Shown: positions 1 through 10,800 of the stretch, piece by piece
How the letters are laid out: each line of letters opens with the position of its first letter
Position numbering within the stretch: the stretch's first letter is position 1
Origin: an uncultured Flavobacteriales bacterium
Lineage (GTDB): Bacteria > Bacteroidota > Bacteroidia > Flavobacteriales > BACL11
DNA length: 63,150 nucleotides
Reading direction: 5' to 3'
Assembly (NCBI GenBank): GCA_938073745.1
Contig: CALJFR010000001.1
Location: 1-63,150, forward strand
Position numbers and translations under genes: made by a program
Notes under the pieces: generated by a model
Seen by the model: the letters and a program-made list of their open reading frames with translations, nothing else
Databases searched by the model: none
What the model was told of the DNA's origin: nothing

Positions 1-135
1 TGCCAGTACAAAGAGTGGTGCAATTTTTAGTTTTAAAGCTTGTTTATATCATGTAAAAGTTAGAAGGTGCGCAATCCTGCTACCCCGACACTTTTCACCC
101 CTAAAATCACCTTTTTTAGGAAGTAACACACTGAT

Positions 136-909
136 TTACAACTCTAAAGATAATTTTAATGAGTATTTCAGATTTTCAAAACTCTTAAGTTTTGCTTCAA
201 TTTTACCAGCCCATATTAAGGTTTCAACTTTCACAAGTAGATGGTTTTTATCATTAGAAATCCAAACCTTCATTTTTTCACCATTTTCAAATACTCTACC
301 TTCTTGCATAAGTGGCTTAAATACTAAACACTCGATGTATCCAAAATCTGTTTTTAATGTATCTTTTTCTAAATAAATAATCTCTAGAAAATAATTTTCC
401 TCGTCCATGAAAATGGGAATTATAAACTTGTCATTAACTTTCAAATCTTTTGCTTCATATGTTCTCGCTAAAAACAATGCAGATAGCATGTCTTGACTTG
501 ATTTTAATATTTGGTATAAAGTATCCTTAACATATACTACAGAGTCAGTATGATTGAAATCATAAAGTTGTTGTTTATTAAAACCTCCTTCAGAAATATT
601 CCTTTTAAATCTAGCTGGAAGAATTGTGGTTGTATCTAGAAAAGTTTCATAAGTATCCCTCACTTTAAAAAAAATATCAAAAAAAGGGGAAGTTTTTCCA
701 GATCCAATAATATGAAAACAATTCGTATTATTAATTTTTTCATTTGATGAAATCAATAGATTAGCTTCACCAACATTAATTCCTAAAAAAGAAATGTCAT
801 AATTAAGATTTTCACCTAATTGATATGGAAGTGCATTTTGAGAAAAACAAATAAAAGATTTTGAAAATAAAACTAGAAAAATGATTTTTTTTATGAAAAC
901 TAATCTCAT
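136..909 (-). CDS. DUF3108-family secreted protein
   Basis: 257-aa ORF with an N-terminal signal peptide. GENLNYDISFLGINVGEA and FFKVRDTYETFLD blocks look like Bacteroidota DUF3108 proteins (recalled pattern, not searched). Confidence 0.55.
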   Translation of the reverse strand: MRLVFIKKIIFLVLFSKSFICFSQNALPYQLGENLNYDISFLGINVGEANLLISSNEKINNTNCFHIIGSGKTSPFFDIFFKVRDTYETFLDTTTILPARFKRNISEGGFNKQQLYDFNHTDSVVYVKDTLYQILKSSQDMLSALFLARTYEAKDLKVNDKFIIPIFMDEENYFLEIIYLEKDTLKTDFGYIECLVFKPLMQEGRVFENGEKMKVWISNDKNHLLVKVETLIWAGKIEAKLKSFENLKYSLKLSLEL

Positions 910-925
910 TATTTATTAAAGTTTA

Positions 926-3331
926 TTAAAACTCTATTAATAATCCTATACTAGGAAGTACAGTACCTGAATTATTTATTATTTCATATAAGGGGTAGCT
1001 ATTTTCATCTACTCCAGTCCCCTCTACTATGGTTCCTAAATTTGGATCTATGCCATATTGTGAAGGTAATTCAGTTTTTGAATTTAAAATATTTTCAATA
1101 TCAATATAGGCATTTAATCCCCAAGATTTAAAGAACCATTTCTTGTCAATTCTTATGTCAAGTACATGAGAGCCATTCAATCTTTGAGTATTTAATAAAT
1201 TATAATCTAAAACAGCTTGTTGATTTATATCCCATATAATTTTATTGCTAGAATTTATTATATCGATAGGAGTGTAGGGAGATCCGCCAGAATAACGATA
1301 CTTAAAACCAAGTTCAATATTATTTTTAAATTTTTTGCCTGCAGTCATATTTAGTATAAATCTATTATCCCATGAAGATGAGATGAGATTTCCGCCTTTA
1401 TCTTCAAATCTACTAATATAATAAGTGGCTGATAAAATACCATAGATACTTGAACTCATTTTTTGTTGTGCCAAAAGTTCTAAACCATAACTATTACCTT
1501 TAGAAATAGAAGATATGTCCTCATTTCCAATTACTCCAAATTCATCACCTAAATTTGCTAAAGATATACTATCAAGTATTGAGAATGGATAATTGTTATA
1601 ACTCTTATAAAATGACTCTAAAGTAATTTTGCTGTAACTTGAAGGATTATATTCAATTCCTAATACTGCATGGTCACATGAAATATACGAAGCATCTTTG
1701 TTGAGATAATTACCATTATTTTCAAATCCTAATATTGTATATGATGGTAATTGATGAAATCGACCAATATTTGTATTTAAGCTAGTTTTACTATTAATAT
1801 TATAAGCCAAAGATAATCTTGGTGAAAGATTTGTGGAATTTGTACTTTCAGTAAAACTATTACCATCTATTCTTAAGCCAAATGAAGTGGAAAGAGTATT
1901 AGCAAGGTAAGTTTTACTAATCTGAGCAAAAAGGCCATATTTTATAAATTTTAAATTGGAATTATTAATTCCTGTAATGATACTATCTCCAACAGTAAAT
2001 AATTGTGTAGTATTGTTTGTATAATTTGCATCCTCAAGATTTACACCAATATTAAATGAATAATTCTTCTTAAGAAAATTATATTCTAGACGTGATTTAT
2101 TTTCAATTTCTTCAGATTTGTAGTCTAGTATCTTTTGAGAATTCTCATCAGCATAATCTAAAAATTTTAAAGCTGTATTATTAAGATGATTTCTGCTTAT
2201 TACAAAGAAAAAATTGGAATTGTTAAAAAAATGTCTCCATGTTCCCCCTAGTGTGTAATTCCATTGCTTATTGATAACTAAATTATTTAAATTATAATTG
2301 TTTAGTGCAATTTGCATAGAATCTTCTTCTTCTTCATTGATTTCTGTATTAAGCGAAAAATCATCAATTGTTGCTATTCCAAGAATATTAAATTGATTTT
2401 TCTTACTGGGTTTATAAGAATATTTAAACTGCATATCATTATAAGTAGGTAAAAAAGGTAATTTTAATACTTTAAACAAAAATTGTAAATATGATCTTCG
2501 AATTGATAATAAGAGAGTAGATTTATTTGATAATGGAGTATTTAATGTAAAACCTGCATCACTTGAGCCTAGCGCAAAAGAACCGCTTATTTCTTCTTCA
2601 TTACCTTCAATTAGTTTTAGCTCCATAACTGAGCTAAGCGCATTGCCTCTATTTGCGGGGAAGGCTCCAGTGTAGAAATCAACTTCTCTAATTAAATTTA
2701 CATTTAATATTCCTACAGGACCGCCTGAAGATCCTTGTGTTGTAAAATGATTTATAGTTGGAATTTCAATTCCATCTAAGAAAAATTTATTTTCTGATGG
2801 TGAACCTCCTCTAACTATAATGTCATTTCGAAAACTTGCAGATGAAGCAACTCCTGGTAAATTTGCTACTACTTTTGAGATGTCTCTATTTCCTCCTGCA
2901 CTCTTAGAAATCTCAGAAGCATTAATTGTTCTTAAACTTACAGGGCTTTCTTTTGTTTTGTTAAAAGTATTTCCTTGAACCTTTATTTCACCTAGTAATT
3001 CTGAATTTTCACTTAAAGAAAAATCAAGTCTTAAATTCTTATTAGAACTTACCATTATTTCTGCTTTTATATTAGTATCATAACCAATATAACTACATTT
3101 AAAGTTATAAGATCCTGCTGGTAATTTTAAGATTTCATAGTTCCCATTAATATCAGATATTGTTCCAATTGAAGTTCCTTCAATAATAATGTTTGCAAAT
3201 GGTATCGGCTCGTTATTAAGAACGTTTGTAATTAGCCCATAAACTTTTACACTTTGAGAAGATAAGTTGATAGAAAATACGCTTACGCTTAAAAATAGAA
3301 TAATAGTTCTTATAATTCTAGCATTTTTCAT
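926..3331 (-). CDS. TonB-dependent outer-membrane receptor with N-terminal carboxypeptidase-regulatory-like domain
   Basis: 801 aa with a signal peptide. CarbopepD_reg-like block (GLITNV..PIPFANIIIEGTSIGTISDINGNYEILKLPAGSYNF..SYIGYD). Plug-like block (IIVRGGSPSENKFFLDGIEIP). Long beta-barrel-type sequence ending in aromatic F. Confidence 0.85.
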   Translation of the reverse strand: MKNARIIRTIILFLSVSVFSINLSSQSVKVYGLITNVLNNEPIPFANIIIEGTSIGTISDINGNYEILKLPAGSYNFKCSYIGYDTNIKAEIMVSSNKNLRLDFSLSENSELLGEIKVQGNTFNKTKESPVSLRTINASEISKSAGGNRDISKVVANLPGVASSASFRNDIIVRGGSPSENKFFLDGIEIPTINHFTTQGSSGGPVGILNVNLIREVDFYTGAFPANRGNALSSVMELKLIEGNEEEISGSFALGSSDAGFTLNTPLSNKSTLLLSIRRSYLQFLFKVLKLPFLPTYNDMQFKYSYKPSKKNQFNILGIATIDDFSLNTEINEEEEDSMQIALNNYNLNNLVINKQWNYTLGGTWRHFFNNSNFFFVISRNHLNNTALKFLDYADENSQKILDYKSEEIENKSRLEYNFLKKNYSFNIGVNLEDANYTNNTTQLFTVGDSIITGINNSNLKFIKYGLFAQISKTYLANTLSTSFGLRIDGNSFTESTNSTNLSPRLSLAYNINSKTSLNTNIGRFHQLPSYTILGFENNGNYLNKDASYISCDHAVLGIEYNPSSYSKITLESFYKSYNNYPFSILDSISLANLGDEFGVIGNEDISSISKGNSYGLELLAQQKMSSSIYGILSATYYISRFEDKGGNLISSSWDNRFILNMTAGKKFKNNIELGFKYRYSGGSPYTPIDIINSSNKIIWDINQQAVLDYNLLNTQRLNGSHVLDIRIDKKWFFKSWGLNAYIDIENILNSKTELPSQYGIDPNLGTIVEGTGVDENSYPLYEIINNSGTVLPSIGLLIEF

Positions 3332-3387
3332 TTATTACTTTTTAAATTTAATTTTATAAATACTTGGTTTTCGAGTAAAAACTAGTA

Positions 3388-3395
3388 CAAACATA
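3388..3395 (-). promoter_or_regulatory. candidate Bacteroidota -7 promoter box (TATGTTTG on minus strand)
   Basis: Plus strand reads CAAACATA, 57 nt upstream of the receptor ATG at 3331. Motif match only. Confidence 0.25.
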
Positions 3396-3572
3396 CTATT
3401 TTAAATTTATGTATAACTAATTTGGTAAAAAATTATACATTTAGTGATAATTTAGTTCAAAAATTAGATTTTATAAAATTGATTTGTTAATTAACTAAGC
3501 CAAAGTATTAAGTAGTTAACCAAACTTATATATGACGATCCAACAGTAAATAATAGACTTTTTATTTTTAAT

Positions 3573-4025
3573 CTATTGTTTACTTGATTTTATGTTTGAT
3601 ATTACAAAATTAATTGAGTTCACCTTAATTAAAGTCATACCTGAAATCTCAAAATCATCGCCCGCACTATAAATTTTTAATCCATTTCCATTTGGAGGCA
3701 TACTCATTATAGATAATTTGGTTGGCGCATTACACATTAAGCCCCCATTATTTGAGTAAAAATTAAGAGCTCCATTAACTTTATTATCTAAAGTGAAATT
3801 AAAATCCTTGAATAAAATATTATCTTTAGATTGAATACTTATAGTTGTCATTTCATTTAAAGAAACGTCTTTTCCAGAATTTGAAGTTAATTCAGAGTTT
3901 TTAGAAGTTACACTAAAACTAATTATTGCATTAGAAGTAGAATCTTTAGATTTATTTTGAGAATCATTAACACAAGAACTGAATAGTAAAGGTAGGCATA
4001 GTAATAATAGTAGTGTTTTTTTCAT
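3573..4025 (-). CDS. hypothetical lipoprotein
   Basis: 150 aa. Signal peptide with lipobox-like LLFSSC. The ATG overlaps the stop of the upstream gene (ATGA), suggesting translational coupling. Confidence 0.5.
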   Translation of the reverse strand: MKKTLLLLLCLPLLFSSCVNDSQNKSKDSTSNAIISFSVTSKNSELTSNSGKDVSLNEMTTISIQSKDNILFKDFNFTLDNKVNGALNFYSNNGGLMCNAPTKLSIMSMPPNGNGLKIYSAGDDFEISGMTLIKVNSINFVISNIKSSKQ

Positions 4026-4519
4026 TTTCTATTAATTAAATAATACCCAATACAAATTGATAAAATAGAAATGCTAAATAAAAGAAGGTCATTTGGTGTT
4101 GTGAAATTATAAGATAACTTTAAAACTTTCTCAAAAAATTTAACAATTAAAACAATAATAATCACTTTAATTATTTTGTTTTTAAGTTGATCTAAACTAT
4201 TTATTTTTAATGTAGAGTCAGCAAATTTATCTTTTGCAAAATCAATTTCACTAATAAATAATTCATAAACTCCAAATCCAAAAATTAATAAAACTATTCC
4301 AATTAAAAATAAATCAATAGAAGAAATAATTTTAAATAATAAATCATTACTGTTATTAATATCTTGATTAAATATAGGGTTGTTAAAAATGGTTGCTTGA
4401 ATTATATCCCATCCTCCAATTAAGAATAATGAAATTGATGAAATAATTGATAATATTACTGCAATTATTACTATAAATCTAGTATTCCATAAAACGTTTT
4501 CAAATTTATTGTTTGACAT
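4022..4519 (-). CDS. YqhA/UPF0114-like integral membrane protein
   Basis: 165 aa with about four hydrophobic segments. Layout and blocks (FE..LW.TRF.., IISSIDLFLIGIVLLIFGFGVYELFIS, SLDQLKNKI) resemble the YqhA family from memory. Confidence 0.5.
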   Translation of the reverse strand: MSNNKFENVLWNTRFIVIIAVILSIISSISLFLIGGWDIIQATIFNNPIFNQDINNSNDLLFKIISSIDLFLIGIVLLIFGFGVYELFISEIDFAKDKFADSTLKINSLDQLKNKIIKVIIIVLIVKFFEKVLKLSYNFTTPNDLLLFSISILSICIGYYLINRK

Positions 4520-4599
4520 TTTTTTTGAATAAATATTATATCAAATATATAACTTTATCTTATTTTAAAACAACTTAATTTTTAGTAGTTCTATTCATC

Positions 4600-4607
4600 T
4601 ATATTTG
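4600..4607 (+). promoter_or_regulatory. candidate -7 promoter box TATATTTG
   Basis: Exact TAnnTTTG, 20 nt upstream of the osmC-like ATG at 4627. Confidence 0.4.
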
Positions 4608-4626
4608 CATTTATTAAAATTAAAAT

Positions 4627-5034
4627 ATGAACACACTTGAAATCAAATACTTAGGTGATTTAAGAACTTCTTCAAACCACTTAGACTCTGGATCTATTAT
4701 CAATACAGATGCGCCTAAAGATAATCATGGGCTAGGTGAAGCTTTTTCTCCAACTGATATGGTGTGTTCTGCTTTAGCAAGTTGTATCATAACTATTATG
4801 GCTATTGCTGTTGAAAAGAATGGTGTTGATATTAAAGATACAAAAGCAATAGTTAAAAAAACAATGGGAAATAAACCTAGAAGAATTGCTAAAATTGATA
4901 TTGATTTAACTTTCCCAAAACATTACGATGCTAAAACTAAAACTATTTTAGAAAGAGCAGCTTATAATTGCCCAGTTCATCATACATTATCTGAATCTGT
5001 AGAGAAAAATATTTCTTTCAAGTATTTAAATTAA
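4627..5034 (+). CDS. osmC: OsmC/Ohr-family peroxiredoxin-like protein
   Basis: 135 aa. Two conserved Cys contexts typical of the OsmC fold (DMVCSALASC and YNCPVHHTL). Confidence 0.8.
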   Translation: MNTLEIKYLGDLRTSSNHLDSGSIINTDAPKDNHGLGEAFSPTDMVCSALASCIITIMAIAVEKNGVDIKDTKAIVKKTMGNKPRRIAKIDIDLTFPKHYDAKTKTILERAAYNCPVHHTLSESVEKNISFKYLN

Positions 5035-5050
5035 ATAGAATAAATAATCT

Positions 5051-6925
5051 GTGAATTTATTATCAGTTGATAAACTAGAGAAAAATTTTGGTGAAAGAAT
5101 TCTTTTTGAGAATATAAATTTTGGAATTGATAAAGGTGATAAAATTGCCTTAATTGCTAATAATGGAACTGGTAAATCTTCTTTATTAAAAATTCTTGCT
5201 GGACAAGACATAGCTGATACTGGAAAGGTTGTTTATAGAAATAATTGTAAAGTGTCTTATTTGCCACAAGAATCTATTTTCGATGATAATATCACGATTA
5301 ATGATTTAATTAATAGTAAATACAATAAAATTAGTTTGATTGTTAAAGAGTATGAAAAAGCTCTTGAAGAGCATAGTAAACTTTCTAATGCAATTAATCA
5401 AAAAGCATTAGAAAAATCTACTGCAATGATGGATCAAGAAAATGCCTGGGATTATGAGAGAACAAGTAAGCAAATACTTTCAAAATTTAACATAAGTAAT
5501 TTTTCTCAAAAAGTTGGTGAATTATCTGGTGGTCAGAAAAAAAGACTATCAATTGCTTTATTATTGCTTGAAAATACAGATGTTCTTTTGTTAGACGAAC
5601 CTACGAATCACTTAGATATTTCAATGATAGAGTGGTTAGAAAAATATCTTCAACAGCAAAATATTACACTTCTTATGGTAACTCATGATAGATATTTTTT
5701 AGAAAGAGTATGTAATCATATTTTTGAATTAGAAGGAGGAAATTTATATCATCATAAAGGAAACTACTCTTATTTTCTTGAGAAAAGAGATGAAAGAGAA
5801 AGTAATTTTAATGTAGAAATTTCAAAAGCTAAAAAGCTTATGAAAAAAGAGTTAGATTGGATAAGAAGATCACCAAAAGCTAGAACAACTAAATCTAAGG
5901 CTAGAATTGATAATTTTAACAATATAAAGAAAAAGGCTAATTCAAAAAAAGTAAAACAGGAACTCAATATTGATGTTAGAATGGGTAGAATTGGAGGTAA
6001 AATTCTAGAACTTATAAATATCAATAAATCATTTAATGAGTTGAATATTCTAAAAGGGTTTGATTATACTTTTAAAAAGGGAGAGCGAATTGGTATTTTA
6101 GGAAAAAATGGTGTTGGTAAGAGTACTTTTTTAAATATTATAACTGGTATTGAACCTCCTGATAGTGGAAAAATTAATTTAGGAGAAACAATTAATTATG
6201 GTTATTTCACACAAAATGGCTTAAAGGCTGATGAAGAAAGAAGAGTAATTAATGTTTTAAGAGATATTGCGGATTTTATTGTTATGTCAGATGGCAGAAA
6301 AATAAGCGCATCTCAGTTACTAGAACATTTTATGTTTACTAGAGATTTACAGTATTCTAAGGTAAAAAGTCTTAGTGGTGGGGAGAGAAGAAGGTTGCAT
6401 CTTCTTACAGTTTTAATGAAGAATCCAAATTTTTTAATTTTAGATGAACCAACCAACGACTTAGATTTACTAACTCTTACAAAATTAGAAGAGTTTCTTT
6501 TGCAATTCAAAGGTTGTTTGATTTTAGTTTCTCACGATCGGTTTTTTATGGATAAATTAACTGAACATCTTTTTGTATTTAAGGGGGATGGGATTATTGA
6601 AGACCATTATTGCTCATATTCAGAATATAGAGCTAAGCAAATTAAAGAGGAAAAAGAGTTTAAAAAAATTCAACATTTAGAAAAGGAAAACTCTAAAGTT
6701 AAATCTGATGTTAAGAAACTATCATTTAATGAACAGTATGAATTTGACAGTATTGAGAAGGAGTTAGTTGATTTAGAAAATGAAAAGAAAAAATTAGAGG
6801 AAAATCTTCAAAAGGCTAATGTTGCAATTAACGAGATGGTACAAATTACTAAAAGATTAGCAAATGTTGTTGAGATTATTGATGTTAAAGAACTAAGATG
6901 GTTAGAGCTATCAGAAAAACAATAA
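5051..6925 (+). CDS. ABC-F family ATPase (Uup-like, no transmembrane domain)
   Basis: 624 aa with a GTG start. Two Walker A sites (NNGTGKSS, GKNGVGKST). Two ABC signatures (LSGGQKKR, LSGGERRR). Two Walker B sites (LLLDEPTNHLD, LILDEPTNDLD). Lys/Glu-rich coiled-coil tail. Confidence 0.9.
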   Translation: MNLLSVDKLEKNFGERILFENINFGIDKGDKIALIANNGTGKSSLLKILAGQDIADTGKVVYRNNCKVSYLPQESIFDDNITINDLINSKYNKISLIVKEYEKALEEHSKLSNAINQKALEKSTAMMDQENAWDYERTSKQILSKFNISNFSQKVGELSGGQKKRLSIALLLLENTDVLLLDEPTNHLDISMIEWLEKYLQQQNITLLMVTHDRYFLERVCNHIFELEGGNLYHHKGNYSYFLEKRDERESNFNVEISKAKKLMKKELDWIRRSPKARTTKSKARIDNFNNIKKKANSKKVKQELNIDVRMGRIGGKILELININKSFNELNILKGFDYTFKKGERIGILGKNGVGKSTFLNIITGIEPPDSGKINLGETINYGYFTQNGLKADEERRVINVLRDIADFIVMSDGRKISASQLLEHFMFTRDLQYSKVKSLSGGERRRLHLLTVLMKNPNFLILDEPTNDLDLLTLTKLEEFLLQFKGCLILVSHDRFFMDKLTEHLFVFKGDGIIEDHYCSYSEYRAKQIKEEKEFKKIQHLEKENSKVKSDVKKLSFNEQYEFDSIEKELVDLENEKKKLEENLQKANVAINEMVQITKRLANVVEIIDVKELRWLELSEKQ

Positions 6926-6943
6926 TCCTAACAGAGAATAAAT

Positions 6944-7303
6944 ATGTATTATTGTTACATCAAAAAATCATTACTTTTTTTAATTATTTTGTTTTTCATG
7001 CATAGTCTTGTCTATGCTTCTTTCCCAATTGAAGAAATTAATGAGAATGCAATTAATTCTTTTTTTTCTGAAGATAATAAAGATGATGAGCCCTCCCTTT
7101 CTATCTATATTCTTCGAGGAGTTTTATTTTTTTCAATTCTTATTCCTGCTTTATATTTTTTATTTAGACCATGGTGGAGAGCATGGCGAAATCAAGTTAG
7201 ATGGGTAAGAATATTAACTTATGTTGTACTCGGGATCCTTTCTTTAGTTTTATTATTAAGCATTTTCTTTGCTAGTGTTGGCGTTTATAACCCTGGTGGT
7301 TAA
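6944..7303 (+). CDS. small membrane protein (paralogue A)
   Basis: 119 aa. The signal peptide ends in YASFPIEE, followed by an acidic linker and two hydrophobic helices. Ends in GG. Confidence 0.45.
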   Translation: MYYCYIKKSLLFLIILFFMHSLVYASFPIEEINENAINSFFSEDNKDDEPSLSIYILRGVLFFSILIPALYFLFRPWWRAWRNQVRWVRILTYVVLGILSLVLLLSIFFASVGVYNPGG

Positions 7304-7347
7304 AATTAAAATGGAATTAAATAAATTAAAAATTATATAATTTTTAT

Positions 7348-7719
7348 ATGAAAATAAATTTTCTTTTTGTTTTAATGATATTAGGTAATTTAAGTTATGC
7401 TTCGTTTCCTGTTAATGAGAAAGATATAGTTTTAATTACTGAAAACATAGAAGCACCAGCTTATGCTGAAGAAAAAAAAATTTGGGGTAACTTGTCTTTT
7501 TACTTATCGATATTAAGTTTACTAATCCTTCCTGATCTTGGAAGTTCATTACTATTATCAATTTCAGCTATTATATTTGGAATAATTGGCTTGACAAGAA
7601 AAGTTAATTGGAAAGAGATAACGGGTTTAATTATTGGATTAATTTCTGCTATAATTGGTGTTTCATTAATCATTCTGGTAATTTCGAGTGGTGGTCTTGG
7701 AGCTGCATTTGGAGGATAG
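7348..7719 (+). CDS. small membrane protein (paralogue B)
   Basis: 123 aa. The signal peptide ends in YASFPVNE, followed by an acidic linker and hydrophobic helices. Ends in GG. Same plan as the gene 45 nt upstream. Confidence 0.45.
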   Translation: MKINFLFVLMILGNLSYASFPVNEKDIVLITENIEAPAYAEEKKIWGNLSFYLSILSLLILPDLGSSLLLSISAIIFGIIGLTRKVNWKEITGLIIGLISAIIGVSLIILVISSGGLGAAFGG

Positions 7720-7806
7720 ACCTTTAATAAATATAAATCTATAGCATATAATTTTTTTATATTTTTTAGAATCTTATTATCTTTACAAAAATCTAATTTT
7801 TCATAA

Positions 7807-10800
7807 ATGAGATATATATTTCTAAATCTATTTTTTTTATTATCAGTTTTTAGTAATGCTCAAAATTGGCAATCTTTTACAGATTCAATAGGCACATTCT
7901 CTTCTGCAAGATCTTCTGATTTGAATGGTGATGGAGTGATGGATATTGTAATTGGTGGTGGAGTTGATAGTTTGTTTAGTAATAACGGAGTAATGGCATA
8001 TAATGGAGTTGATGGCTCCTTGCTATGGAAAAGATCTTCTAGAGATGAGTTATTTGGTAGTGCAATTTTTCAGGATTTGAACTCTGATGGTATTAATGAT
8101 GTTATTATTTCTGGCCGTGCTGCTCAATTACTTGCTATTGATGGATCTAACGGCTCATTATTATGGGATTTCTTCCCTTATGGAACTAATCCTGCAGATA
8201 GTGGTTTATATAATTTTTATAATCCCCAATTTATTGATGACGTAGATGGTGATTCCTATAAAGATATACTTATTTCTAATGGTGGAGATCATTCTGCTCC
8301 ATCTTTTCAATCCAATAGACCTCCAGGACATTTGATGGTTATAAGCGCTCAAAATGGAGGTGTAATTGAAAAAGCTGTTGTTCCTGATAGTTCTGAGATT
8401 TACTGTTCCCCTTTGGTTGCTGATATTAAAAACGATGGTAATCAATGGGTTTTATACGGAACCGGTGGAGAAAATTATGGAGGAAGTTTTTTTGCTGTTT
8501 TGTTAAGTGATTTACTTCTGGGAGATATTTCAAATTCTATTGTTTTAGATACTGATCCAAATAAAGGTTTTATAGCTCCAGCTGCTATACATCAAACTAG
8601 TTCAGGTTCTTATGATATTATAATACAATCATATGATGGATTAATAACAAAAATTGATGGACAGACGTTCTCTAATTTATGGACCTACCAAAAATCTGGT
8701 ACCGAGTCAAGTGCAGAACCCGTTATTGGTAATTTTACAGGTGATTTAACCCCTGATGTGTTGTTGGTTTTATTTAATGGTGTTGCTCCAGCATATAATG
8801 ATTATTTTCAAGTTATGCTTGACGGACAGGATGGTTCAGTTCAATTCATTGATAGTTTAGGTGCAATAAATTTTGCTTCTGCAAATGCTGTTGATTTAAA
8901 TAATGACGGAAGGGATGAAGGAATTTTTTCTATTACATATTTTGATAATGGATATTTTGTAAATAAAGTTCAATCCATTGATTTTAATAATGATACCATT
9001 ATCATGTTAGATCAAGTGAGAACTGGTGTAAATATTGCTTCTACGCCATTAATTGCTGACTTAGATGGTAATGGGCTACTTGATTTAGTTTATTCTGTGA
9101 GAGAAGACAGTTTAAACCCTGTAGGTTTGAAAGGAATAAATGTTTATAGACACGAATTAACTTCTGTAATTCCTAATTCTGGAATTGCTTGGGGCAGCTA
9201 TTTAGGTACAAATATGAATGGTTCTTATAATTCTAATTTAACTGCGTGTTGGCCAGGAACTATTATCTCTAACTTTAACAGGGTTTTCCCTTCTTGTAAT
9301 GGTTCTTCTGATGGAAATATTAGTTTAAATCTTGTTGGTACACCACCTTATACTTATTTATGGTCAAATCAGAGCACTGACTCTACAATTGATAATTTAA
9401 GTTCAGGAACATATTGGGTTCAAGTTACAGACTCTTCTGGTTGTTATGAGTTAGTTACAATAAATTTACCTGATCCTTATGCTATTATTTTTGGTGAGAT
9501 AGCGTCACCTACTTGCGTTGGAGATACAAATGGTACTGCTACGGTAGTTTCATCTGGATGTCCTTGTATGTTTACTCTATGTACATTTTTATGGGACAAT
9601 GGTGTGACCTCAAAAACAAATTTATCTTTATCTCAAGGTTGGCATAGTGTTGCTATTACTCATGCAAGTGGCTGTGTGGTTGTTGATTCAGTTTTTATTC
9701 CTTCATCATATAATGGAGGTATGAGTGCTGCTAGTGCTTGTGATAGTTACACATGGGACAGTAATACTTACACTTCATCTGGAATCTATTTTAATACCTA
9801 CACAGATACTTCAGGATGTGATAGTGTTCATACATTAAATTTAACAATATATAATTCAGATACTACAACAACCATAATTTCCTCATGTAATAATTACATT
9901 TGGAATGGAGTATCATATGATTCTACTGGATTATACAGTAATATTTTTACAAATGAAAATGGCTGTGATAGTTTAGCCTTTCTTGATCTAAGAATTTTTA
10001 ATTCTGATACAAATATTATATCAATAATTTCTTGTGATTCTTATAATTGGAATGGTATTTCTTATGATAGTTCTGGAATCTATTCTGCTTTATTTACAAA
10101 TGAAAATGGTTGTGATAGTTTAGTAGATTTAAATTTAACTATTGAATCTAGTAGTTCAACTTCAAGCTTTGAAACTTCTTGTGATAATTATATTTGGGAT
10201 GGTATAGAATATATATCCTCTGGAGTATACACTAATACTTACTCAAATTCTCAAGGTTGTGATAGTATACATACTCTTAATTTAACTATAAATACATCAG
10301 ATACAACAACGATAAATGTGATATCTTGTGAATCTTATTTATGGAATGGAACAAGCTATGATTCAAGTGGAGTTTATAGTTCACTTTATAATAATTCTTT
10401 TGGATGTGATAGTTTAGTTTTTCTTGATTTATCTATAATAAATACTATTGCAGAAATCATTGCACCTCTTAATCCAAACAATATTGATCTTACTGTAAAT
10501 GTAATCTCAGGAATTTCACCTTTCACATATAAATGGAATACTGGTGAAACAACTCCAGTGATTACACCATCTAATAATGGGGAGTATTGGGTTATTGTTA
10601 CTGATTTTAATGTGTGTATTTCTGATACAATTTATTTTAATGTTGATTGGATCCCTTCTAATGTAAGTGAATTTCAAATTGATAAGTTAAATGTATATCC
10701 AAACCCCTCAAATGATGTTTTTAATATTCAATTTAAAAGTATAATAAACCAATATATAAGCATAAGAATTATTAATGTAATAGGAGAGGAGATCTATACT

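Noticed and set aside
1-30. Possible 3' end of a plus-strand CDS (..CQYKEWCNF*) at the left window edge.
   Set aside because: Only 9 codons are visible. That is not enough to support a gene call or identity.
3410-3439. Inverted repeat TGTATAA-N16-TTATACA in the intergenic region upstream of the TonB-dependent receptor.
   Set aside because: It is a 7-bp all-A/T stem with a 16-nt loop. Such matches arise by chance in AT-rich spacers, and there is no second copy or associated motif.
7465-7480. Homopolymer tracts as candidate phase-variation switches: A9 at ~7470, A10 at ~12555, T8/A7 in the paralogue 3 signal-peptide region at ~62040-62076, and A/T runs at 60241-60249.
   Set aside because: Runs of 7-10 A/T are expected at this base composition and occur in housekeeping genes as well. 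There is no enrichment at the 5' ends of the surface-protein genes beyond Lys/Phe codons.
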